From Octopus vulgaris (Eukaryota): a stretch of 64,000 nucleotides of DNA. Within the stretch, counting starts at the first letter, position 1. Each line of letters opens with the position of its first letter. The DNA lies in contig OX597820.1 in assembly GCA_951406725.2 (NCBI GenBank), positions 71,734,001-71,798,000 of the forward strand, given 5' to 3'. Below the pieces are notes generated by a model that saw only the letters and a program-made list of their open reading frames with translations, had not been told where the DNA came from and did not search any database. This document shows, piece after piece, positions 51,743-64,000 of the stretch. A program made the position numbers and the translations under genes.

Positions 51743-54710
51743 TCATCATCATCATCATCATCGTTTAACATCCACTTTCTATGCTAGCATGGGTTGGACG
51801 ATTTGATTGAGGTCTGGTGAACCAGATGGCTGCACCAGGCTCCAATCTTGATCTGGCAATGTTTCTACAGCTGGATGCTCTTCTTAATGCCGACCACTCC
51901 AAGAGTGTAGTGGGTGCTTTTACGTTCCACCGGCATGAGGGCCACTCAGGCAGTACTGGCAACAGCCATGCTCAAATGGTGTTTTTTTTTTTTACATGCC
52001 ACCTGCACCCCAGCACAAGTGCAAGTAAGGTGATGCTGGTAATGATCAAGCTCAAATGGTGCTTTTTATGTGCCACCAGCACGGATGCCAGTTAGCCCCT
52101 CTGGCAATGCTCTTAGTGCTCCACTAGCACGGATGCCAGTCATCGAATTTGATTTCAATTTCACTTGCCTCAACAGGTCTTTGCAAGCAGTGTCCAATGA
52201 AGGAAAGGTACACATAAGTGGGCTGGTTACACCCCTGGCATAGGCCACGAGGTTATGGTCTCACTTGGCTTGCCAGGTCTTCTCAAGCACAGCATATTTC
52301 CAAAGGTCCCGGTCACTAGTCATTGCCCCGGTGAGTCCTAATGTTCGAAGGTTGTGCTTCACCACTTCATCCCAGGTTTTCCTGGGTCTACCTCTTCCAC
52401 AGGTTCCCTCAACGGCTAAGGTGTGACACTTTTTCACATGGCTATCCTCATCCATTCTTGCCACATGACTATACTAGTGTAGTTGTCTCTCTTGCACACT
52501 ACATCTGATGCTTCTTAGGTCCAACTTTTCTCTCAAGGTACTTACACTCTGTCGAGTATGCACACTGACATTACATATCCATCGGATCATACTGGCTTCA
52601 TTCCTTGTGAGCTTACGCATGTCCTCAGCAGTCGTGGCCCATGTTTCACCACCATGTAGCATGGATGTTGGCACACATGCATCATACAGTCTACCTTTTA
52701 CTCTGAGCGAGAGACCCTTTGTTACCAGCAGAGGTAAGAGCACTGAACTTTTCCCAGGCTATTCTTATACTAGCAGCTACACTTTCAGCACACCATCTCC
52801 TGCTACTGACTTGGTCACCTAAATAATGGAAGCTATCAACTACTTCTAGTTTTTCTCCCTTGAGTGTGACGGAAGTTGTTCTCTGCACATTTTCAGAGCT
52901 TATTGCTCCTGAGCATCTGCCACATACAAAAACTATCTTCCCAGTTAGCCTTCCTTTGATATTGCTGCACCTCGTATGTGTCCATAGCTTACACTGGGTA
53001 CATCTTATAGAGTTTCTACCTAAACCTTTTCTACAAATCGAGAAGGCCATCTACCTGAAGGGATTTTTGGTTTGCCTGCCTTCCTACTTATTCGGACTTT
53101 GGTTTTAGCTAGGTTGACTCTAAGGCCCTTCGGTTCTAATCCTTGTTTCCACATCTGAAACTTCTCCTCTAGTTCTGATAGTGACTCAGCAATTAGAGCA
53201 AGGTCATCATCATAGAGGAGCTCGCAGCGGCATCCTGTCTTGAATTCCTCTGTTATTGCCTGGAGGACTATGATAAATAGGAGGGGGCTAAGAACTGAAT
53301 CTTGGTGAACTCCTACCTCCACCCAGAATTCTTCACTGTACTCGTTGCTAACCCTCACCTTAATGATAGCATTTCTGTACATGGCTTGCACAGCTCTCAC
53401 TAACCATTCATCTATCCCTAGTTTTCTCATTGACCACTAGATAAGGGATCTGAGGACCCTGTCAAAGGCTTTCTCCATGTCAACAAAAGCCAGGTACAGA
53501 TGTTTATCTTTGGCCAGGTATTTCTCCTGCAGCTGTCTTACCAGAAATATAGCATCGGTGGTGCTTTTCCCTGGCATGAACCCGAACTGCATCTCATCTA
53601 AACTGACTCTTTCCCTAATTAGTTGGGTTATGACTCTCTCCATGACCTTCATTACCTGATCTAACAACTTGATACCTCTGTAATTATTTGTATCTAAAGC
53701 GTCACCTTTACCTTTGTAGCAGTTGACTTTTATGCTGCTACACCAGTCATTGAGTATGACTCATTCGTGTATCACCTCATTAACTATATGGGTGGCTAGG
53801 CTATAGCTAACACTGCCAGATATTTTGAGCATCTCTGCAGTGATTCCTGATGGGCTGGGGGCTTTCCCTGTCTTAATACTCTTAATTGTTTTATCTACCA
53901 AGGTACTGTCAACTCGGATAACAGGTCCCCATATTGGGTCAACATTCAGCAGACTCTCTTTCTCCCATTCAATTTCCATATTCAGCATCCTTTCATAGTG
54001 GCGTCTCCAAACCTCTCTCTTTGCAGCCTCGTCTAGTGCAAGTGAACCATCATCCATGCGAACACATTTTTCTCCTACAACATCAAAATTCTCTCTCACA
54101 CATTGTCTTGCAACACGAAATACCTTTGGTCCTCATGGCGCAGAACATTGGCAAATTTTTCTCATCTGCTTCCCCTCTGGCTAAATAAACCTGCTTCCTA
54201 GCTTTCCTTCTGGCAGTCTGATACAATTCCTTGCTACCACCGTTCTTCTAGTCCTTCCAAGCCTGTTTCTTTTCTCTAATAGCCCTGTCAACAACATTAT
54301 TCCACCACCATTTTATTTTGGGTCGAGAGGGGACTTTGCACCATCCACAGATCTGGTCAGTGGTCCTCAGCAGATTGTCCCGTAGAAACCTCCAGTTGTC
54401 TTCTACATTGTGTGAAGCTATTTTGTGAAAGGCTTCAAGTAATATGTCCCTAAATCTCTGTCCATTGGCAGGATCTTTAAGCTTCCAGACCCTTCTCCTC
54501 CATGCTGGTTGTCTTCTGGGCATCCACTTAGCCCTGATCCTGAAGTCACTAACTACCAGTCTATGTTGTGGGGTACATTCTTCACCTGGGAAGGTTTTGG
54601 AATTTATAAGCAGCCATCTTTCCCTTTTTCTGGTGAGGATGTAGTCAATTTAGCTAGTGTGTCTGCCAGAACAGTAAGTGACTAGGTGACTGACAGGTTT
54701 TCTGAAGTTG
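51743..54710 (-). mobile_element. 5'-truncated RTE LINE (~3 kb: APE end, RT, PHD finger, 3' UTR, (GAT)n tail)
   Basis: IDYIL, PQHRLVV, WWWNN, GKAPSPSG, NYRGIKLL, QFGFMPG, FVDMEKAFD, GVHQDSVLSPLLF, LLYDDDL, GRGRPRKTW; stop at 52261; several frameshifts. Confidence 0.95.
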
Positions 54711-55060
54711 AATAAAATTGGACTGAAGGCCATGAAAGACAGATATGATTTTCTTGAAGCCAAGGATTTTAAACTTACGGAGATAATATTCACATATCAC
54801 CTGAGGAAGCATAACTAGATCTCATAATGCAGGGAAACAATTGCATAATCAAGTAACTACACACCTGGAGAACTATGTTGCATGGAAACAATTAAAGTGA
54901 TTAAAAAATAAATGTCCAACCGCCCTCCTTGTTGACTCCAATCTTTTCAATTAACTATTCACATATGGCAGCAGTGTAAATCTGAAGGTGGACGAGCCTT
55001 ATACTGTGCTCTGCTATGTTCTTAACAGAATATACCATAACTATACATATATATATATAT

Positions 55061-55265
55061 TTCTTTATTACCCACAGGGGATTAAACATAGAGGGGACAA
55101 ACAAAGGGATTAAGTCAATTACATCGACCCCAGTGCATAACTGGTACTTATTTAATCAATCCCGAAAGGATGAAAGACAAAGTTGACCTCAGCAGAATTT
55201 GAACTCAGAACGTAACGGCAGATGAAATACAGTTAAGTATTTCGCCCAGCGTGCTAATGATTCTG
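55061..55265 (-). mobile_element. SINE with Nin/Deu-like central domain
   Basis: Reverse complement ttagcacgctgggcgaaatac...gttctgagttcaaattctgctgaggtcaactttgtctttcatcctttcggg..taagtaccag. Confidence 0.82.
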
Positions 55266-57756
55266 ACATGTATATATATAGCCCTTCCTACTTTAGATTG
55301 AAAAAAATAGTGGGAAGTTCCATAATAAATTTTTGAAAACATTTAACATTGCTTCACTTCCTTATGTTCCATTTACTTTTGGATACACTATAATGTATGG
55401 AATTACAGATTCATATTTTTCTAGCAACAGCTGTCAGAAAAATAATTGGCAGTGCTTAACAACTTCAGTTTTAAATATAATGACGGCAGCCATTAACAAT
55501 GACATTCTCTAACACCTTGAATCTTTCTCCTTAATAGCCACTAGTACAGCTTCTATAAAGCCAGATCTAGTCAAATATAAACAAAGCAGTCCTTGCATTA
55601 TACATCAGCCTGACTGTTGATATAGCAGTGAGTTGCTTGGTGCTTTTGTTTCTTCATTATCACTAGCCTAATTCATTAGGATAACATATTTTTAATTTAA
55701 AAATGATAAGGCCTTATTCAACTCCCTGTGAAAATAGTCTATTACACACTCACCATAATGTAAATAATAATGATATAAAAGTATAGGAGTATACTATGTT
55801 AACAGTAAATATATAACATACTAAGTTAAGAAATAAGTATCTTTTGTTTCTAGTTATGTGCACATCTCACTTGGTATGTTACAGCTTCTTTGCTATGTTC
55901 CAACTGCTCTGTTTCCTAGGGTGAAATTTCACTGTTAAAAACATTTTACTCAATGGGATTGATGATGATAAAATTATAAGCAGATTTATAGAAATCTCTG
56001 CCAGAAGGAAAAGAGATGGTGTTATTCATTACTGTAATTTTCAGCATAAAATTTATAATCAAATCATCAAATTGCAAAAAATCATTAAATTGCAAAATTA
56101 CAATTGTTAGAAAATATGAACTGATGTATTAAATTTATTAAACTTTGTATGAAGCTGATTCAGTTTTCTTCTTTATCTCTATTGTAATTTAAAAGAATTT
56201 GTAAACGATAATATTAAAGGAAAAATTTATGTACTGTGAGTTTCAATATTGAAGAGATACAGTTGAAAAATCAATTCAAATGGTAGGGAAGATGAATATT
56301 TGGTTGTATATTTCCTAAGTTTTTACAACAATAATAGTGCTGTAGCAGAATGCATTTATTGATATTGAATAGGAGGGAGAATCTTTGAACAACTCTAATA
56401 ATAATGATAAATCAAACACAATTCTGATACTACCTACCAGTGACAGTAAAATTACAGTTCATATGGGTTATAGTATATGAACAGCTTATACAATGACATT
56501 AATGCACATGATCTACAACAAGTTAATAGGACATATGACTTCAATGTATACAAATCTTCTTGAATCATTCATTTTTCTGTTTGAGCAAGGCAAACTGTAA
56601 AGCAAATTTCTGCATTCAGCAGTGACCAAGTGACACAACCAGCTCTGTTTGCATATTTCCAAGTTGTGTGTCTGACTCTCTGTGAATCTAGGAAGCTTAC
56701 TTTTCTTTGATACATATCAAAAACTTCATAGCTGCAACTTTGTTCTCTGTTAAAGCATTTTATTCTAAGAAAATCTTTGATAGAATATAGAAGGTTCAAG
56801 GACTTAGAAATGAGTGATGAGAGATCAATACAAATGGAAAATAAATAGGTTTTAAATTAGACAATTAAATTTAAAATTCAGGTTTCTCTACATAACTATT
56901 ATGCTTTTATTGTTATACTCTCTCTTTCCCTCTCTCTCCCCCTTTTTCTCTCTTTATTTCCCTCTGTTTTCCGTTTTTTCCCCCTCTTTCTCATTAATTT
57001 CATATGGCACAGAAGATAATTTGTTAAGCCATTTTTTAAAAATTTGTTTTAATGGTTTTCTCTTGAGGAAAGGGCGGTGCCCAAATGGCCTTTGAGGGCC
57101 CTCTGAAAAATGTAATAACAATACAATGGATATTCCTCTTGAACAAGCTAACAAATATCTGAAAAATAAATGGATAAGGAGGTAATTCCAGCTGGTCAAT
57201 ATTTTGGGAAGGAAGAACCAGGTATAGTGGTTAGTGCAGGTTCTGAGGTAGAGAAAAGACAATATGAAAGGCTTAGAAGAGCAGAGACAAGGGATTCAGA
57301 AGTATTTGAATGGAGATGACATAAGACCAGCAGCTGAGGATCAGAAGCTCTTGTTGTTGTTGTTGCTGCAAAAAGACAAGAAAAGGAGATGGATCATCTG
57401 TGGGTGAATGGTTAGAGTGTTGTGACAGACATTGTACTTATGGACTAGACATACATTCCACTTGCTTCAGCTAATTTTACACTGAACAAGTATTAATGAA
57501 CTATTAATGAAAGTTAACCTATTACAATAGAATATTTGCTTAAAAAATTCATTAAAGTACCCAATTTTGTTTTCCATCCATTGTATAATTGAGACAATTT
57601 ATAGTAAAATTCAGGCTTTGAAATCATCAGATTGGGTTTTAAAAGTAAAAGGAGAATTAGTTTAGTGGCTGTTTCACCAGAAGAATATTATTTAAGCACA
57701 TTAAGACTCATGACTTTATAGACATATAAAGATTTATGACTAACTAATTAGCCATA

Positions 57757-57937
57757 TATTTGGTGTTACTTTGCTTCAGTGTTATTTATTTTTTACATTA
57801 ATCTTAATCTTATTTCGGTTAGTAAGGAGAGACACAAATAAGTGAGAAGAAAACAAAGGACCACTGATGCAGTCACAGGAGTGTGACGAAAGAACTCTGG
57901 CCGAAATAAGATTAAGATTAATGTAAAAAATAAATAA
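57757..57937 (+). mobile_element. Inverted-repeat element with hammerhead-like core and 12-bp TSD
   Basis: Perfect 37-bp inverted repeat (57782-57818 / 57901-57937); core ggacca-CTGATGCA-gtcaca ggag tgtgac-GAAA-gaac-TC-tggcc; taattagccata at 57745-57756 and 57938-57949. Confidence 0.75.
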
Positions 57938-60511
57938 TAATTAGCCATAGATGTGTGTTAACTGTCAGTTGAAGAATATTAGTGACAGGACTGTCAGAAG
58001 GAATATGTACACCAGTATGTTGTTTGGATTTAGATTAACCTAATTAAGCAGACCTTGGATAAAATGTAGTCTTACCATGACCATTCAATCTTTTTAACAG
58101 AATATTGAACTATATTATCCAGTGTCTTTCTTGTTTGAGACAGCAGGGTATAAGTTAAGGGAGATTTATTTTCTATTTCTAGCAGGTCATACAATCATGT
58201 AGAGCCTCCCTCATTTCTTGTAAATAAACTATCTCTTGAGGGCACAAAGAATTGAAAAGTTTATTCAAAAGTTATTTAAGAGACGTTCATAGAGCTACGT
58301 CTCAATAAATATCATTCAATGCTTAACAATTCTTAATTATGAAATCAGTAGGAAAAATTTTGAATTGAATAACTTTATCCTTTTTGATTTCATTTATAAT
58401 ACTTTTTTGTTCATGTATGAAGCTCAATGCTGTTTATTTCAAGAAGCGTTGTTAAGAAAGAATTTACAATAAAACAAATGGTTCCTCAAAGTAAAATGCA
58501 AAGGAAGCAGATTTTTCAATTTTTCTAATTTTCATTATTTATTAAACCACACAGGAAAATGTCATGATAAAATATTCATAATGTACAGCTACTGCTCTGT
58601 TTCTCAATTTAAGATTGTATTCAGATTATTGTAGACTAGCATAATGTAGTCAAAGTTAATTATCACAGGTATTCATTGCCTTTTTGCAAATTTATGGTAG
58701 TCTTTTTTATTATTTTATCATTTTGGTCTGGAAAAAGAAGCTGTGACCATGGCTTCACAAGCTCTTTGAAAGAGATATTTTCTAACAATTGTTTACATTT
58801 CCTGGAACACAATCTGTGTAATTTATATATTTTTCAGCTAAATGGTACTAGATTATTCTGTTATTTGCATCATTCAGTTTACAGTAATGACAGAAGACTG
58901 GTTGTATTCTCCACTTTTATCACTTTCTCTTTTATACTAACTTTCTAACTCTTTTACTTGTTACTGTATTGCAATGTCTAGTGAATACATGCAGGGTTGT
59001 CTTCTTTTGGTGGTAGGGTATAGGTCAGTTTCCTTTTCCTCTTTTGGGGGGTTAGCGTTTTTGATAGAAGACAAAGTTTGAAAACCTTTAAAAGTGTCAA
59101 GTATTTCAGTTCTCTGCCTAAATCAGTTGTATGGTAAAATGAACCCATATAGCCTGAGACTTTTTGGTCATATTTGTTCTTTAACTGCTACTTAGCTGAC
59201 CAATATCTCACACACTTCATTTCTATACAAGACTCCATTGTGACAATTTCTCTTTTGTTTTGGATCCAGTTATTTATCATGCTGGAAGACATAAAACTCT
59301 AAAATAAAAGATATTAAAGTATTGGTTGGAAAAAATATTGATGTGAGTTTTCTTGCAGTACTGAAATTTGATATTAGAATTTTTCTTTCATAGTTTTATG
59401 ATTCTACACCAAGACATTGGCTGTTTTCACTTTATTAGGCATTCTATGGTTTTAGATTAAATTGCTGTTTTTATAATACACTGATACTGTGATTTGGGAT
59501 TAAGTTTTTTTCTTTGTTTATTTTTCACATTGCTATGATTTTTATTAAAAGCTAAATATAAGGATATGAAGTTTTCTTTCTCAACAGGAACAACCCAAAA
59601 ACACTTGCAGCTACCATAAATGAGACTCCATATTCACAAGTATTTCTAGCTGCATGTTAGATATATCTTAATTTAGATGTATTTTAATTACTATTATATG
59701 CACAGTTGATAAATGTCTTGTACACTATGATAAGGTTTAAAAATGTTTTGTTATACTTGATTTCTGATAGGTTGAGTTTGCAAAATCAAATGCTTATACT
59801 TACTCATTGCATTCAGTAAAGGATACTGGTGCAGTGCAATTGCTTAATGTGACTTTAAACTTCATGTTTTCACACAAAATTAATGTATTAAGCTACTTAG
59901 TAAATTTATCAGGAATTTTGTTATATGATTCAACATTTGGTTGACATACAATAATTAATGGTCAGTAATTAGTAAATAACACAACAGTTATACTAAATAC
60001 TACAACTGGAAAGGATGTATCCAAGTAATGATTTTATAAGACCTCAAAATATATCTAACACTGGTTTCATTAAAAACTTTTCTAAATGAGAGGGGTTGCA
60101 AGTCACCTCTTCCTAGCAGTAAAATTTTGCTGTTTTTCCTTACTCTTCCAACTATACCATATTAGGAGTATAATAATTTTAATCTGATCCCTCAAGAAGA
60201 ATTATCAGCAATGTCCTTCAATACATGGAAACAGTTACATATACACATATACATGCTGACACATGCACAACAAAAGTATACTTGCCTTCTGTATTGTTTA
60301 TAGTTTACATGTGCATTGGTAAACTAATGTAGACTGATTTTATTGATTTTAAAGGTAGTCTAAGATATAATCTGAAGCAATTGTTTCGTAGATTTTGTTT
60401 ATGATTTGTTAGGTACTAAGGAGAAAAAAGAAGTGCAACGGTCAACTTTTGAAATATTAGTTTCAAATTTTATCACAATGTCAAAAATTTTGGGGAAGAA
60501 GGGCAGTCGAT

Positions 60512-60724
60512 TTTCTACTCTAGGCACTAGACCCAAAATTTTGGGTGAAGGGAGCCAAGTCAGTTAGATCGACCCCAGTATGCAAATGGTACTTAATTTA
60601 TCGACCCCGAAAGGATGAAAGCAAAGTTGACCTTGGCGGAATTTGAACTCAGAACATAAACACAGACGAAATACCACTAAGCATTTCACCTGGCATGCTA
60701 ACATTTCTGCCAGCTCGCTGCCTT
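60512..60724 (-). mobile_element. SINE with Nin/Deu-like central domain
   Basis: Reverse complement ggcagcgagctggcagaaatgttagcatgcc...gagttcaaattccgccaaggtcaactttgctttcatcctttcggggtcgataaattaagtacc. Confidence 0.85.
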
Positions 60725-61129
60725 ATAACTTTTGAAATATTGAATTGAGAAGAACCTTGGTTGAATAAGTCTAAAGAATTTCCTGTTTGTTTTTCTATTT
60801 TTTCTTCTGTATAAGCTAGTGTATAACTAACTGATAAACTGACCAATAGATTGGTTGAAAGATATGTATCTGTTGAATTAGTATCAGTGTGTTTGGCTGT
60901 TGTGAGAAATAGTTACACTTACAGATATCTTTTAGTAGGACTGTTATTTTTGTGTGACATTTAGCTGGTTCATGATGACTGGAAAATCAATTTGGAAAGC
61001 TTTATATAGCAAAGAAATGATTTAATATTTATCATATTAACTATTTATGGGAGAAGTAACAGAATTTAATTATGAACTGGACGAAATATTGAGGTATATC
61101 ACATGTGACCAGCAGCTCTGATCTTCAAC

Positions 61130-61437
61130 ATTACATCACATACATGCATGTATATATACATACAAACATGCATGCATACATACATTCATGCATACAGACC
61201 AACCTACCTACCTATCTACCTACCCACCAACCAACTTATCTACCTGCCTACCTACCTACATTTACCCACCTACCAACCAACCTATCAGTCTACCTACCTA
61301 CATACATACATACATACTTACATACATACAAACATTTATACATACATACATACATCACATACATACATACATACACACATACATACATACATACATACAT
61401 ACATACATACATACATACATACATACATACATACATA
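61130..61437. repeat. Compound (CATA)n/(CTAC)n microsatellite
   Basis: Direct reading; source of the HTYI-repeat ORFs. Confidence 0.92.
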
Positions 61438-62103
61438 CGTAGGTTATGCATGCGAATAGCAGCTGTCCTAAAATGTTATCATGGTACTACCTCCCTATGT
61501 GGCATGATGCTGTTGCTAAAACAATTTACAATGCCATCCACAAAAAAAAACTGTCCTAAAATAAACTTAGAAAATCTCTCTGTTATGGAATACATTCATA
61601 AACACCAACTCAAGGAATACTGGTGGAATATTCCCATCAAAACGTCTTTCAAGTGTAAGGATAACAGGCCAGATGTTGTTGTTTGGGACAGAGGGGAAAA
61701 GGTATGTACCATCATAGTGGTCAGTTGCCCAACAGATATAAATATCTCTTTGAAAAAGAGGATATCTATGGACAACTGCTTCGAAACCTCCAGCTTCTAT
61801 ATCCTGACTATGAATTCATATTCATAGCAATAATAATTGGAGCATTAGGTTTTGTTAGTAAATGCTTAAAGGAAAATCTGGATAAACTGGGATTTTCAGA
61901 AAGAAAAAGTGACCAGCTGATTCATAAATTACAAGTATAATATGTGAGCGGAACAGTTAAAATATGCAAGACTTTTCTCAAGTTCCAAATGTGAATTTGT
62001 TTGTGTTAACTACATTCCAAAGATGGAGCCTTGTATCTTTGTTAGAAATTGGCTCCCTCCTCAATGGAAGATTTATAATAATTAAAAAATAGAAGAGACA
62101 AAC
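61438..62103 (+). mobile_element. 5'-truncated R4/Dong-type RLE retrotransposon (second family)
   Basis: RLC..SSCPKM..YYLPMWHDAVAK, YWWNIPIKT..KDNRPDVVVWD..CTIIVVSCP..KEDIY..IIIGALG, C-terminus GTVKICKTFLKFQM* (61994). Confidence 0.85.
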
Positions 62104-64000
62104 ATACATGCACACACACACACACGTGCACATCATTTCAGTTTTGGTATTAACCTTTATTGTTTGTTTATTGCTTGTCTTTATAAGGTTTTCATAGGGT
62201 TCCCATGTTCCAGTTTCATTCCTGTTTACCTGAGGTGATGGTCTTCTACTGCAGTGTCAGACCACACTTTGAGATAGAACTGGAGATCATGCAGTAACTG
62301 AATGAACTCTATATCAACACAGCCTTGTCCAGAAGTAATGATGAACTGGTCATACCTGGAATATTTTTGATCAAATGTTTGTTGAAAGTTGATTTAGGGG
62401 TTAACCATAACTATAACAGTTAAGGGTAATTATGCTCTTATTCAGTTCCTGCTGTATGTAGTTTGGATTTAAGTATTTAAAATATGTTCTTATGAGCAAT
62501 TCTAATGTTCAATACCTATTGCTGACATTTAGATATTTAATATGTAGGCAGATCTGTCACTAGAATATATCTAATATTTCTTTCCTCTACTCTGACAACC
62601 TTGTCTACACTGTCTATTCACTTGATTTCTAAGAATATAGCTATTTTATAATTATTGCTCACTCAGAAAAACTTGTTAGATTCCAGAATTGGTTTGCAGT
62701 ATATGGGGTGGATGCAGTGTGCTGATAGAGGTACTATTAATTTATTTATAATTTAGCACCGTCTTTTTGCCAGTTTTAAACTTTGAAATTTTATGAATAA
62801 GATAAATAAAAATTTACTTTTATCAGTGGTGTTGTCATTAACAGTTATCAGTTCTTGTTTCATATATTTCTCTTGCTACAGCTATTATTATACATAGCAG
62901 TATCAACTAAAAGTATGTAGCATAATATTTACCATGAAAGTAAGCTTTGAGAAAAAGTCTCAAAGACGTGTTGTAAGTATCCTGTTGATTTACAAATCAA
63001 TATGTGGTCAAAATTAATGAAAGGAAATAAATTATTTATCTGTATTAATGATAGCTTATAATTGACATTAAAATTAGGAAAAAATATAACTAAATAAAAT
63101 TCATACTGATCACAACATTTATAATCCTTTCATGATAAAAATGTAATATAGCCACTTACAAGACAACTAATGTAATGTTTTCTGAGGTTAATATTCTAGG
63201 CAGTAGATATTTAGCTTATAATTTCCATTAATTAAGCTTCATAAATTTGTGTTGTTTGTTTACTTTTTGTTTATTCTGAATGTGTATGTGTGTGAAATAT
63301 ATATGAAATATGTATCATATCTTCTTTTATATTGTGTTTGGTATATGTTCATAATGTCAATAATTAATGAAAGGTTATGTGTAAATATTTTTTAAATATA
63401 TTTCTAAAATATATAAGTATTGATTTCTAACAGAGTTTTAGAAATATATGAAGAACTGTTTTGTTTTGTTATTCCTCTTCTTAGTGAGTCCACTGGGTAA
63501 TGGGGAAATAGTAGAGACAGTGCTAGATTATGAATGCTTCTGTGTTTTAAAAGAAAAATCATATTATATTAAAATATTAAAAGAAGTGAAATAAAAACAG
63601 AGTGTGTGTTTATTATTAGTATAATGACCCTCTCAAGATATAACAAAATCATATAACAATGCGGTATATAAAAACAGTTTGTCTGATAGTGCAAAACATA
63701 GACTCCAAGGAAATTAGTTATGGTTTGAATCAGCAACAGTTTTTCCCATGGAGGATTTATAGAAGGGAGATCAATTAATACATTTGCCATGAAGAATAAG
63801 GAATCTAACATTCTGGCCCTTTCCTTCTGTTTAAAAGTGAGAGAGAGAGAAAGCATTGTTACTTTGTATATAGGCTAATGATAAGTTTATCTTACATGTG
63901 TTTAACTTCATTCTTTCTCCTGTTATTAATTCTGTATATTATCTTAGAGAAAAGAAGCTCAGGATACATATTGCTGTACAACCCACACTAAACTTAGTAA

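Noticed and set aside
56700-56747. Minus-strand AG...GTAAGC micro-exon candidate
   Set aside because: No recognisable peptide or partner exon; such splice-like signals (also at ~22350, ~55857, ~59588) are common by chance.
61105-61827. 240-aa ORF
   Set aside because: Read-through of the (CATA)n microsatellite fused to a retrotransposon fragment; not a gene.
1-64000. CRISPR arrays, operons or other prokaryotic systems
   Set aside because: No regularly spaced repeat-spacer array or gene-dense region; the sequence is eukaryotic repeat-rich DNA.

Overview
AT-rich eukaryotic, repeat-dense non-coding DNA, most likely from an octopus or other coleoid cephalopod. The taxon is inferred from the tRNA-derived SINE families, the RTE LINEs with (GAT)n tails and the very abundant (TA)n/(CATA)n microsatellites. 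No intact host gene is evident. Every ORF with recognisable homology belongs to a decayed transposon: five Tc1/mariner elements plus a mariner MITE (mariner D34D, Tc1-like, maT D37D), a near-complete Chapaev3-type DNA transposon, two long RTE LINEs carrying a PHD finger inside ORF2, two R4/Dong-type RLE retrotransposon 3' fragments beside microsatellites, CR1/RTE relics, MITEs and many SINEs. The most interesting signal is a set of three unrelated short inverted-repeat insertions (about 1.5-1.9 kb, 51.5-51.7 kb and 57.8-57.9 kb), plus a weaker fourth motif at 54.8 kb. Each of the three carries a minimal type I hammerhead ribozyme core, as expected for Penelope-like pLTR remnants or retrozyme-like elements. 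A few weak candidate host exons lie near 46-48 kb. All calls were made by eye without database searches.
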